Source: Dokdonella sp. (lineage in GTDB: Bacteria > Pseudomonadota > Gammaproteobacteria > Xanthomonadales > Rhodanobacteraceae). From it: a stretch of 64,000 nucleotides of DNA. This document shows, one piece after another, positions 53,657 to 62,214 of the stretch; positions within the stretch are counted from its first letter, which is position 1, and each line of letters begins with the position of its first letter. The position numbers and the translations under genes are program-made. The DNA lies in contig NZ_JBGAFX010000009.1 of NCBI RefSeq assembly GCF_044227025.1, forward strand, positions 7,874 to 71,873, given 5' to 3'. Below the pieces are notes generated by a model. It saw only the letters and a program-made list of their open reading frames with translations, was not told the DNA's origin and made no database searches.

Positions 53657-55045
53657 ATGACCGCCAACCTGTTCATCCGCCGCACCCTGCTCGCCTGCGC
53701 ATTGCTGCAGGCCGGCGCAGCCGCTGCCGAGGGCGCACTCGATGCGAGCTGGGGCTTCGCCGGCACCGGCAAGTCGCCGATCGCATTCGACTTCGGCAGT
53801 ACCAAGGCCGACATCGCGTCCGCCAGCGTGATCGGGTCGGACGGCGCGATGTACATCTCGGGTACCGTGTTCGATGCCGGCGGCGTGTCGCGCATGGGCG
53901 TCACCCGCCTGCTGCCGAACGGCCTCATCGACACGAATTTCGGTACCGATGGTCGCGCGATGACGCAGGGCTCGCAGGGCGAGCTGTTCAATACCGCCGG
54001 CATCGTGATGAGGGGCAACAGCCTGCTGGTCGGCGGCTACAAGAAGAAGACCGCCGACAACTGGGACTTCGTGCTGTGCGCATTCTCGACCGGCGGCGTT
54101 CCGCTGCTGTTCAACTCGACGCTGACCTCGTGCGTGAGCGCCTCGTTCGATCCGGGCCCGTCGCTGAGCCGCGACATCCCGCGCGCGATGGCGGTGCAGG
54201 CGGACGGCAAGATCGTGATGGCCGGCACCACCGCGGTAAACACCGTGACGGACACCTACGCCGCATTCGCGCGGTTCAACACCGATGGCGCGCTCGATCA
54301 CACGTTCGGCCTGAGCAACTCGGGCATCCAGCTGGCGCGTTCGTCGAACTTCCTGCGCCACCAGATCAATGCGGTCGCGATCGCCTCGAACGGCAAGATC
54401 GTCGGCGTCGGCAAGACCGATGTCGTCGGCGGCAACGACAGCTCCGCGGTGATCGTTCGTCTCGACACCGATGGCACGGTCGAGCAGCTTTCGCAGAGCA
54501 ACGAATGCACCTTCGAAGTCGACGGCAGCAATTCGCGCGACACCGAACTGCTCGGCCTGACCATGGTGCCGAACGGCGGCGGCCTCGAGGACGACTTCGT
54601 CGCGGTCGGCTATGCACAGATGTCCGGCACCGTGCACAGTGGCCTGATCGCCAAGCGCAGGGGTGCCGCGTGCGCCTACGACTCCAGCTTCAGCGGCGGC
54701 GACGGCACCAGCGGCTACACCGTGGTGACCGCGGGCGATTCGATGACGTTCGAGAGCGTCGCCACGCAGCCGAACGTCGGCTACGTCATCGCCGCGACCT
54801 ACACCTCCACCGGCGGCGACGCCGACTGGCTGGTCGGTCGCTACCGTCCGGATGGCAGCAGCGATTCCCTGCTGACCCCGATCGACTTCGGCGTGGTCCA
54901 CCAGACCGACATCGTCGCCGATGTGCATGTCTTCCACGACGGCATCTACGTCGCCGGCAGCTGGCAGAAGACCGGTGCCAACTACGATTTCGGTGCCGCA
55001 CGCCTGTCGCTCGACCAGATCTTCGCGGACGGCTTCAACCACTGA
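53657..55045 (+). CDS. Exported delta-60-repeat (beta-propeller-like) protein (462 aa)
   Basis: GAGGGAG RBS and signal peptide MTANLFIRRTLLACALLQAGAAAA. Recurring D-x-(S/T/N)-FG-x-x-G and (D/N)GKIV-x-(A/V)G motifs (IDTNFGTDGRA, QADGKIVMAGTT, LDHTFGLSNSG, SNGKIVGVGKT). The C-terminus is ...DQIFADGFNH. Confidence 0.8.
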   Translation: MTANLFIRRTLLACALLQAGAAAAEGALDASWGFAGTGKSPIAFDFGSTKADIASASVIGSDGAMYISGTVFDAGGVSRMGVTRLLPNGLIDTNFGTDGRAMTQGSQGELFNTAGIVMRGNSLLVGGYKKKTADNWDFVLCAFSTGGVPLLFNSTLTSCVSASFDPGPSLSRDIPRAMAVQADGKIVMAGTTAVNTVTDTYAAFARFNTDGALDHTFGLSNSGIQLARSSNFLRHQINAVAIASNGKIVGVGKTDVVGGNDSSAVIVRLDTDGTVEQLSQSNECTFEVDGSNSRDTELLGLTMVPNGGGLEDDFVAVGYAQMSGTVHSGLIAKRRGAACAYDSSFSGGDGTSGYTVVTAGDSMTFESVATQPNVGYVIAATYTSTGGDADWLVGRYRPDGSSDSLLTPIDFGVVHQTDIVADVHVFHDGIYVAGSWQKTGANYDFGAARLSLDQIFADGFNH

Positions 55046-55067
55046 GCACGAATTGCGCATGATGTTC

Positions 55068-55091
55068 CCCTCTCCCGCACGCGGGAGAGGG
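55068..55091. repeat. Family B REP-like hairpin CCCTCTCCCGC-AC-GCGGGAGAGGG
   Basis: Perfect 11-bp inverted repeat immediately downstream of the delta-60 gene. Confidence 0.8.
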
Positions 55092-55093
55092 CC

Positions 55094-55147
55094 GGGGCGG
55101 GGGCAGGCGGAGCATCGCGCTCCGCTCTCCCTCGCCCCGCTTTTTTT
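55094..55147 (+). terminator. Compound GC-rich hairpin plus T7 tract (rho-independent terminator)
   Basis: The inner stem GCGGAGC/GCTCCGC is nested in the outer stem GGGGCG/CGCCCC. GC and TTTTTTT follow at 55141-55147. Confidence 0.75.
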
Positions 55148-55242
55148 GTGTGGTCTTCTCCCGCTGGAGCGCATCCCATGCGCCTTCCCACGTCCGAGTG
55201 CGGGATAATCGCGCGACCACTCTCCCCGATGGACCGCGACGC

Positions 55243-56466
55243 ATGAACCCCGAATGGGATGGCCTGCTGCTCGACTGTCGTCTCGCGACGATGACGCGGT
55301 CGGACACGCCATACGGCCTGATCGAGCACGCCGCGCTCGGCTGGCGCGACGGCGCGATCACCTATGCAGGGGCGCACGCGGCCCTGCCGGACGCACCGGA
55401 ACGTCTCGCCGAGCACGTCGCGCGCGCCGACGGCGCGCTGGTCACGCCGGGATTGATCGACTGCCACACCCATCTCGTGTTCGGCGGCGATCGCGCCAAC
55501 GAGTTCGAGCAGCGACTCAACGGTGCGAGCTACGAGGAGATCGCGCGCGCCGGTGGTGGCATCGCGTCGAGCGTGCGCGCGACGCGCGAAGCCGATGAAG
55601 GAACCCTGCTCGCGCAATCGCTGCCGCGTGCGCGCGCGCTGCTTGCCGACGGTGTAACGACGATCGAGATCAAGTCCGGCTACGGCCTCGACCGCGACAG
55701 CGAGCTGCGCATGCTGCGCGTCGCGCGACGCATCGGCGAAACCCTCGGCATCGGCATCCGCACCACACTGCTCTCGGCGCATGCGCTGCCGCCGGAGTAC
55801 GCCGGACGCGCGGACGAGTACATCGACTACGTGTGCGAGCACGTCGTGCCGATTGCGGCGCAATCCGGCCTCGCCGACGCGGTCGACGCGTTCTGCGAGA
55901 GGATCGCGTTCACGCCGGCGCAGACCCGCCGCGTGTTCGAAGCGGCGCGCGCGCACGGCCTGCGCGTGAAGCTGCACGCGGACCAGTTGTCCGACCTGCA
56001 TGGTGCCGCGCTGGCGGCGGCATTCGACGCCTTGTCGGCCGATCACCTCGAATGGACCGGCGACGACGGCGTGCAGGCAATGGCCAGGGCAGGAACCGTC
56101 GCCGTGCTGCTGCCGGGCGCCTACTACGCGCTGCGCGAGACCAAGCTGCCGCCAATCGATGCGCTGCGCGCCGCCGGCGTTCCGCTCGCGGTCGCGACCG
56201 ACCTCAATCCGGGCACGTCGCCATTGCTGTCACTGCGCCTCGCGATGGGCATGGCTTGCACGTTGTTCCGGCTCACGCCGGAGGAAGCGCTGCGCGGTTC
56301 GACCGTGAATGCCGCGCGCGCGCTCGGACTGGATGATCGCGGCACGCTCGCCGTCGGTCGCCGCGCGGACTTCGTCGTGTGGGATGCCGAACGGCCGGCG
56401 GACCTTTGCTACTGGATCGGCGGCACGCTCGCACGTCGGATATTCGTCGGCGGCCGGTCGATGTAG
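55243..56466 (+). CDS. hutI: Imidazolonepropionase
   Basis: Trimmed to [34 protein letters not shown] and [10 protein letters not shown] are the HutI metal- and substrate-binding motifs. 407 aa. Confidence 0.95.
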   Translation: MNPEWDGLLLDCRLATMTRSDTPYGLIEHAALGWRDGAITYAGAHAALPDAPERLAEHVARADGALVTPGLIDCHTHLVFGGDRANEFEQRLNGASYEEIARAGGGIASSVRATREADEGTLLAQSLPRARALLADGVTTIEIKSGYGLDRDSELRMLRVARRIGETLGIGIRTTLLSAHALPPEYAGRADEYIDYVCEHVVPIAAQSGLADAVDAFCERIAFTPAQTRRVFEAARAHGLRVKLHADQLSDLHGAALAAAFDALSADHLEWTGDDGVQAMARAGTVAVLLPGAYYALRETKLPPIDALRAAGVPLAVATDLNPGTSPLLSLRLAMGMACTLFRLTPEEALRGSTVNAARALGLDDRGTLAVGRRADFVVWDAERPADLCYWIGGTLARRIFVGGRSM

Positions 56467-56479
56467 CGGATCTGGATTT

Positions 56480-56551
56480 TGTGGGAGCGGCGGAAGCCGC
56501 GATGCTTCGCCGAGTGAAAGGAAGAGCATCGCGGCTTCCGCCGCTCCCACA
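56480..56551. repeat. REP-like palindromic element, family A, copy 3
   Basis: TGTGGGAGCGGCGGAAGCCGCGATG...CATCGCGGCTTCCGCCGCTCCCACA, located between the convergent hutI and pseudouridine synthase stops. This copy has the best-preserved arms. Confidence 0.9.
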
Positions 56552-56584
56552 CGAAAGACAGTTGCTTCCGAGAAAGCCCCGCCC

Positions 56585-57484
56585 CTACAGGTGCAGGCAT
56601 GTTTCGAATTCGCGCGGCTCGCCGCTGAGCGGATCGACGAACGCGAGGCGCTTGGCCAGCAGCTTGAGCGGCTTGCCGTAATCGTCGGGCGGCCGTCCGG
56701 CGCGGTCCGACGACAACGGCTGCGGATAGAAGTCGTCGTTGACGATCGGCGCGCCGAGGCCGGCCATGTGCACGCGCAGCTGGTGCGTCCGGCCGGTGAC
56801 CGGAACGAGCGCGTAGCGCCAGATGCCGCCGTCCGATCGGTCCAGCACGTCGATGTGCGATTCCGAGTTCGGCGCGCCGGCCACCTCGCGCATGAGGAAG
56901 AAGGGCTCACCTCGTGCCATATGCGTCGAACGCACCAGCGGGAACGGAAGCGACGGCAACGCCGGCGCCAGCGCCTCGTAGTGCTTGGCGACGGTGCGCT
57001 CGGGAAACAGCGCCTGGTAGTGCGCGCGCGTGCGCGGATTGGCGGAAAACAGCACCAGCCCCGCGGTCATGCGGTCGAGCCGGTGCAAGGGAACGAGATG
57101 GGGATTGTCGAGGCGACGCGTGAGGCGCGCGAGCAGCGTTTCGGCGACATGGCCGCCGCCCGGCGTCACCGGCAGGAAATGCGGTTTGTCGGCGACCACG
57201 AGATCGGCGTCGGCATGCACGATGCGTTCGACGAACGGTATGGGCTGCTCGGTCGCGACTTCACGGTAGTACTGGATTTCCATCCCGACCCGATACGGCG
57301 TGCGCTCGTCGATCGGCTTCGCCTGCACGTCGGTGACCAGGCCGCGTGCGATGCGGTCAGACCACGTCTCGCGGTCGACCTCCGCAAAGTGCGCACACAG
57401 GCCGTCGAGCACCGTCGCCCATGGCCCCGGCGGCAATTGCAGGCAGCTCGGCTGTACGCCGTTGCGTGGCGGCAGGCGGATCAT
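56585..57484 (-). CDS. RluA-family pseudouridine synthase (about 299 aa)
   Basis: HRLDRMTAGLVLF catalytic motif, KHYEAL, and GRTHQLRVHMA. Start chosen at MIRLPPRNGV. In-frame ATGs at 57502 and 57511 are alternatives. Confidence 0.85.
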   Translation of the reverse strand: MIRLPPRNGVQPSCLQLPPGPWATVLDGLCAHFAEVDRETWSDRIARGLVTDVQAKPIDERTPYRVGMEIQYYREVATEQPIPFVERIVHADADLVVADKPHFLPVTPGGGHVAETLLARLTRRLDNPHLVPLHRLDRMTAGLVLFSANPRTRAHYQALFPERTVAKHYEALAPALPSLPFPLVRSTHMARGEPFFLMREVAGAPNSESHIDVLDRSDGGIWRYALVPVTGRTHQLRVHMAGLGAPIVNDDFYPQPLSSDRAGRPPDDYGKPLKLLAKRLAFVDPLSGEPREFETCLHL

Positions 57485-57569
57485 CGAGGCAGGGGCTGGC
57501 ATCGCCCGCATTGTGATCGAATGACGTCACTGCGCCTACAATGCGCGGCTTCCCTTCCGAGGTAACCGC

Positions 57570-58130
57570 ATGGCGCTCAACGCGACCATCTACAAGGCCG
57601 AGCTGCAGGTCAGCGACATGGATCGGCACTATTACGCGACCCACGCACTGACCCTGGCGCGGCACCCGTCCGAGACGGAGGAACGCCTGATGGTGCGCCT
57701 GCTCGCATTCGCACTGTACGCCGACGAGCGCCTCGAGTTCGGCAAGGGCCTCAGCAGCGAGGACGAACCCGACCTCTGGCGCAAGGATCGCAGCGGCGAG
57801 ATCGAGCAATGGATCGACCTCGGCCAGCCCGACGAACAGCGCGTTCGCAAGGCGTGCGGACGTGCGCGCGAGGTCATCGTCGTCAACTACGGCGGACGCG
57901 CGTCGGATGTATGGTGGGAAAAGAACGCGACCGCGCTGGCGCGCTCGAAGAACCTGGTCGTGATCGACGTGTCGTCGGCAACGGCGGCGCTCACCGCGAT
58001 CGCCGGGCGCAGCATGCGCCTGCAGTGCAACATCCAGGACGGCCACGTGCAGCTGTTCGGCAGCGCCGACAGCGAGATGATCGGCATCGATCCCGTGCTG
58101 CGCATGGGCGACAGGCAGCCGGCCTACTGA
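57570..58130 (+). CDS. yaeQ: YaeQ-family protein
   Basis: MALNATIYKAELQVSDMDRHYY...LARHPSETEERLMVRLLAFAL is a near-canonical YaeQ N-terminus. 186 aa. Confidence 0.92.
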   Translation: MALNATIYKAELQVSDMDRHYYATHALTLARHPSETEERLMVRLLAFALYADERLEFGKGLSSEDEPDLWRKDRSGEIEQWIDLGQPDEQRVRKACGRAREVIVVNYGGRASDVWWEKNATALARSKNLVVIDVSSATAALTAIAGRSMRLQCNIQDGHVQLFGSADSEMIGIDPVLRMGDRQPAY

Positions 58131-58132
58131 CC

Positions 58133-59314
58133 GTGGCGGAATCGTTCGACGCCCTGGTCATCGGCGGCGGCGCGGCCGGCCTCATGTGCGCGATCGCCGC
58201 GGGCCGGCGCGGCAGGCGCGTGCTGGTCGTCGAACACGCGAACCGCGTCGGCAAGAAGATCCTGATGTCGGGCGGCGGCCGCTGCAACTTCACCAACACC
58301 GGCGCGACGCCGGCGAACTACCTCTCGGCGAATCCGCACTTCTGCAAATCCGCGCTCGCGCGCTACACCCCGGCGGATTTCATCGCGATGGTCGAGCGCC
58401 ATCGCATCGCGTATCACGAGAAGGAACTCGGCCAGCTGTTCTGCGACGACTCGTCGAAACAGATCGTGCGCATGCTGCTGGATGAATGTGCCGACGCAGG
58501 CGTGCGCATCGAGACTTCGTGCGCTATCGAGCGGGTGCGGCATGGCGACGCGGCCTTTCACCTCGATACCGCGCGCGGTTCCTTCACGGCGTCCGCGCTG
58601 GTCGTCGCCTGCGGGGGGTTGTCGATCCCGAGCATGGGCGCGAGCGGGTTCGGCTACGAGCTCGCGCGCCAGTTCGGCCACTCCGTGCTGCCGACGCGCG
58701 CCGGCCTCGTGCCGCTGACGCTGAGCGGAAAGCATCAGGAACGCCTCGCCGACCTGGCCGGCGTCGCGCTGCCCGTGGAGGCGCGCTGCAACGGCAGTGC
58801 GTTCTGCAACTTCATGCTGGTCACACACCGCGGCATCAGCGGGCCGGCGATCCTGCAGATCTCTTCCTACTGGAATCCGGGCGACGACCTGCGCCTGGAC
58901 CTGTTGCCAGGCGACGACGCGTACGCATGGCTGCAAACGCAGCGCACCGAACGCGCCGCGACCGAGTTGCGCAACGTGCTGGCGGAACGGATCCCGAAGC
59001 GTTTCGCGCAACGCCTGTGCGAGCACTGGTTCAGCAGCAAGCCGATGCGCCAGTATCGCGACGCGGAGCTGCGCGAGATGGCGGCGCTGCTCGCCGACTG
59101 GCCGCTCGTCGCGAGCGGTACCGAGGGCTATCGCACGGCCGAAGTCACGCTCGGCGGCGTCGATACCGACGAACTGTCGTCTTCGACGATGCAATCCAAA
59201 CGCGTGCCCGGCCTGTACTTCATCGGCGAGGTGGTCGACGTCACCGGCTGGCTCGGCGGCTACAACTTCCAGTGGGCGTGGGCGTCCGGACACGCCTGCG
59301 GCAACGCGCTGTAG
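58133..59314 (+). CDS. BaiN/YhiN (HI0933-like) NAD(P)/FAD-dependent oxidoreductase (393 aa)
   Basis: The GTG start at 58133 lies 2 nt after the yaeQ stop. DALVIGGGAAGLMCA dinucleotide fold, KILMSGGGRCNFTN, and GLYFIGEVVDVTGWLGGYNFQWAW. Confidence 0.88.
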   Translation: MAESFDALVIGGGAAGLMCAIAAGRRGRRVLVVEHANRVGKKILMSGGGRCNFTNTGATPANYLSANPHFCKSALARYTPADFIAMVERHRIAYHEKELGQLFCDDSSKQIVRMLLDECADAGVRIETSCAIERVRHGDAAFHLDTARGSFTASALVVACGGLSIPSMGASGFGYELARQFGHSVLPTRAGLVPLTLSGKHQERLADLAGVALPVEARCNGSAFCNFMLVTHRGISGPAILQISSYWNPGDDLRLDLLPGDDAYAWLQTQRTERAATELRNVLAERIPKRFAQRLCEHWFSSKPMRQYRDAELREMAALLADWPLVASGTEGYRTAEVTLGGVDTDELSSSTMQSKRVPGLYFIGEVVDVTGWLGGYNFQWAWASGHACGNAL

Positions 59315-59395
59315 GGTGCGCCTTGGCGCACCATCGTGCCGCATGAAACGGAAACGGCGCGCCAAAGCGCGTTGTCGCACGCGTATAGTCGCGCC

Positions 59396-59746
59396 ATGGC
59401 CTATCTCGTGTTCAAGGCGCTGTTGTCCGGCGTCATCATCATGGTGGTGTCGGAAATCGCCCGGCGCAGCCCTTCTATTGGCGCACTGGTGGTGTCGTTG
59501 CCGCTGGTATCCCTGCTCGCCATCCTGTGGCTATGGCACGACACCGGCAACGTCGCGCGCATCGCCGACCATGCCGAAGCGACGTTCTGGTACGTGTTGC
59601 CGTCGTTGCCGATGTTCCTGGCGTTTCCGTACCTGCTGCGTCACGGCATCGGCTTCTGGTGGGCGCTCGGCGCTGCCTGCGTGCTGACGATCGGCTTGTA
59701 CTTCCTCACCGTGCTGCTCGCCGCGCGCTTCGGCGTGCGGCTCTAA
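59396..59746 (+). CDS. DUF3147-like small membrane protein (116 aa)
   Basis: Trimmed to MAYLVFKALLSGVIIMVVSEIARRS. Four hydrophobic segments. Confidence 0.65.
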   Translation: MAYLVFKALLSGVIIMVVSEIARRSPSIGALVVSLPLVSLLAILWLWHDTGNVARIADHAEATFWYVLPSLPMFLAFPYLLRHGIGFWWALGAACVLTIGLYFLTVLLAARFGVRL

Positions 59747-59781
59747 CCTGCTGCTCGTCAGCAAGTTGCTTGGCGCGCGCG

Positions 59782-60636
59782 TCAGGCAGCCTCGGCGGCT
59801 TCACGTCCCTGCTGGCGGATGAGCGCTTCGGCACGCGCATCGTGGATCGCATCCATCACCGCATCCACGTCGGCGGGGGTCTCGTCGATCGCGAACACGC
59901 CAGTCAGCACGCTGTCCGGTCGCAACTCGCCGGCCTCGAACAAGGCCCACATCTCGCGCGCGTGGCGTGTCGCCGTCAATTCCGGCGCGAAGCGCCCGAG
60001 GCAAGCGCCGATGTTGTCGACGTCGCGTTCGAGCATCGCGAGCGCAGCGTTGTTGCCGGCCGCGTCGACCGCCTGCGGCAGGTCGATGATGACCGGGCCT
60101 TGCGGCGAGACCAGCACGTTGTATTCGGAGAGGTCGCCGTGGATCAGGCCCGCGCACAGCATGCGCGCGATCTGGTTCATCATGAACGCGTGGTACGCGC
60201 GCGCAGTCTCCGGCGAGAGCTCCACCTCGCCGAGGCGCGGTGCCGAGTGGCCTTCCGCATCCGTGACCAGTTCCATCACCAGCACGCCATTGAAGAAACC
60301 GAACGGCTTCGGCACGCGCACGCCGGCATCGGCAAGGCGATAGAGCGCATCGACCTCGGTGTTCTTCCAGGCGTCTTCCTGTTCCCTGCGCCCGTAGCGC
60401 GTGCTCTTGGCGATCGCGCGCGCTTCGCGGCTGCCGCGCACCTTGCGTCCTTCCTGGTACTGCGCGCGCGCCTGGAAACTGCGCTGGCGCATGTCCTTGT
60501 AGACCTTGGCGCAGCGGATGTCGCCGCCCGCGCGTACCACGTACACGGCCGCTTCCTTGCCGCTCTTGAGCGGGCGGATCACTTCATCGATGACGCCATC
60601 GTCGATGAGCGCCTGCAGGCCTGGTGGTGTCTTCAT
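59782..60636 (-). CDS. Bacterial RIO-type protein kinase (284 aa)
   Basis: Trimmed from ORF 59782..60951 to MKTPPGLQALIDDG. Carries SGKEAAVY, a nucleotide-binding Lys in CAKVYK, and the catalytic/metal-binding loops LIHGDLSEYNVL and IIDLPQAV. Confidence 0.85.
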   Translation of the reverse strand: MKTPPGLQALIDDGVIDEVIRPLKSGKEAAVYVVRAGGDIRCAKVYKDMRQRSFQARAQYQEGRKVRGSREARAIAKSTRYGRREQEDAWKNTEVDALYRLADAGVRVPKPFGFFNGVLVMELVTDAEGHSAPRLGEVELSPETARAYHAFMMNQIARMLCAGLIHGDLSEYNVLVSPQGPVIIDLPQAVDAAGNNAALAMLERDVDNIGACLGRFAPELTATRHAREMWALFEAGELRPDSVLTGVFAIDETPADVDAVMDAIHDARAEALIRQQGREAAEAA

Positions 60637-60922
60637 GGGAATCCGGGAATGGACGCGACCGGGAGGATCACCGGTCGCGCAACCGGTCATTCTACCGCGT
60701 CGCGACTGCGCCCGCTGAAACCGCGCGTTCGACGGGGGAAATGGCCGTTTGCGACGGGCGCCGCGGCTCAGGCGGCCTGCGCGGAGAATAACCCTGCCGC
60801 GAGCACGAACACCCACGGGAAACATGGCACTCCCCCTTGCACGTCTGGAATGGCCGCCTCCCCACCGGCCCCGCAGCATCAACGCGCGAGCGCGGAATCG
60901 ACGACAGGGGTCGGCTGGTGGG

Positions 60923-62113
60923 CTAGCGGGCCGAGTCCGTGGCTTCCGCACTGACCCAGAACCGCAGCAGCAGAGCCGCGGCCAGCGCGCACGCCGCGCC
61001 GAATGCGAACGCGGCGAACGGCGAGACCCCCTGCCAGATCCAGCCGAACACGAGCGACGCGGGCAGCAGCAGGATGCCGGACACGAGGTTATACCAGCCG
61101 AACGCGGTGCCGCTGCGTTCGCGCGGGACGAAGTCGGCGACCAGCGCCTTCTCGGTTCCTTCGAGCGATGCGGTCACCACGCCGTAAGCGCCGAACGCGA
61201 GCCACAAGGCCCAGTCCGCCGCCGGCAGCAGGCCGATCAGCAGGTAGGCGGCGGCATACGCCGTCCAGGCGAGCGTGAGCATGCGCGCGCGACCGAAGCG
61301 GTCCGACAAGGCCGACAGCGGCGTCGACAACAGGGCGGCGACGAACGAGAACAACGCCCACATCAGTGTCACGCGCATCGCGCTCGCGCCGAGTTCGTTC
61401 GCGCGCAGCAACAGGAACATGTTGGACGAATTGCCGAGCGTGAACAGCCCGAGCACGCACAGGTAACGCCGGAACGGCGCGGGCATCCCGGCCAGGGTCC
61501 AGCGGAACGGCTGCTTCGCCATCGACGCCGGATGCTCCGGTTCGGGCACCGCGAACGCGAGTGCGAGCACGAGCACGGCCGGGATCGCCGCGAGCAGGAA
61601 CACGTTGCGCAGCCCGACGCCGAGCGCGAGCAGCAACGCCGCGAGCAGGGGCCCGATCACCGCGCCGAGGTTGTCCATCGCGCGGTGGAAGCCGAAGGCG
61701 AGACCACGCTGGTTCGGCTCGATGCTGAGGTTGATCAACGCATCGCGCGGCGCCGAACGCAGGCCCTTGCCGACGCGGTCGGCGAAGCGGCAGGCAAGCA
61801 CGCCGAACCAGCTCGTCGCGAGCCCGATCAACGGTCGCGCGAAACCGGCGATGCCGTAGCCGGCGATCACCCACGCGCGCACCTTGCCGCTGCGATCGGC
61901 GAGCACGCCGGCGAACAGCTTGAGCAGGCTCGACACCGCTTCGGCGATGCCTTCGATGAGGCCGAGCGCCTTGGGTCCCGCCATCAGCACCGACGCCAGG
62001 TACAGCGGCACGAGCGGATAGATCATGTCGCTCGCGGCATCGTTGACGAGGCTGATGAGGCTGACCAGCCAGACGGTGCGCGGAAGGGAACGGATGCCGC
62101 GAATCATTTGCAT
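60923..62113 (-). CDS. MFS transporter (396 aa)
   Basis: Twelve hydrophobic segments. The loop 2-3 motif GVLADRSGK is MFS-like. Substrate not inferable. Confidence 0.85.
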   Translation of the reverse strand: MQMIRGIRSLPRTVWLVSLISLVNDAASDMIYPLVPLYLASVLMAGPKALGLIEGIAEAVSSLLKLFAGVLADRSGKVRAWVIAGYGIAGFARPLIGLATSWFGVLACRFADRVGKGLRSAPRDALINLSIEPNQRGLAFGFHRAMDNLGAVIGPLLAALLLALGVGLRNVFLLAAIPAVLVLALAFAVPEPEHPASMAKQPFRWTLAGMPAPFRRYLCVLGLFTLGNSSNMFLLLRANELGASAMRVTLMWALFSFVAALLSTPLSALSDRFGRARMLTLAWTAYAAAYLLIGLLPAADWALWLAFGAYGVVTASLEGTEKALVADFVPRERSGTAFGWYNLVSGILLLPASLVFGWIWQGVSPFAAFAFGAACALAAALLLRFWVSAEATDSAR

Positions 62114-62214
62114 TGGAGGGCTTGATGCTCAGGGCTGAGGACTGGTTTGAGGCGGTGGCGACACATGCCGGCGCGTACCGCCCCATGAGCATCGCAGCTT
62201 TTCGGAACACGCAT

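Noticed and set aside
50630-55165. Shared TGGTCTT heptamer upstream of the protease gene (about 50648) and of hutI (about 55152), considered as a HutC/GntR-type operator half-site
   Set aside because: These are half-sites only with no palindromic partner. A 7-mer is expected to occur several times by chance in 64 kb on both strands.
51052-55312. 765-aa (51052..53349) and 561-aa (53627..55312) minus-strand ORFs
   Set aside because: They lie antisense to the protease and delta-60 genes. Both also read straight through the strong intrinsic terminators, which a real gene would be unlikely to do.
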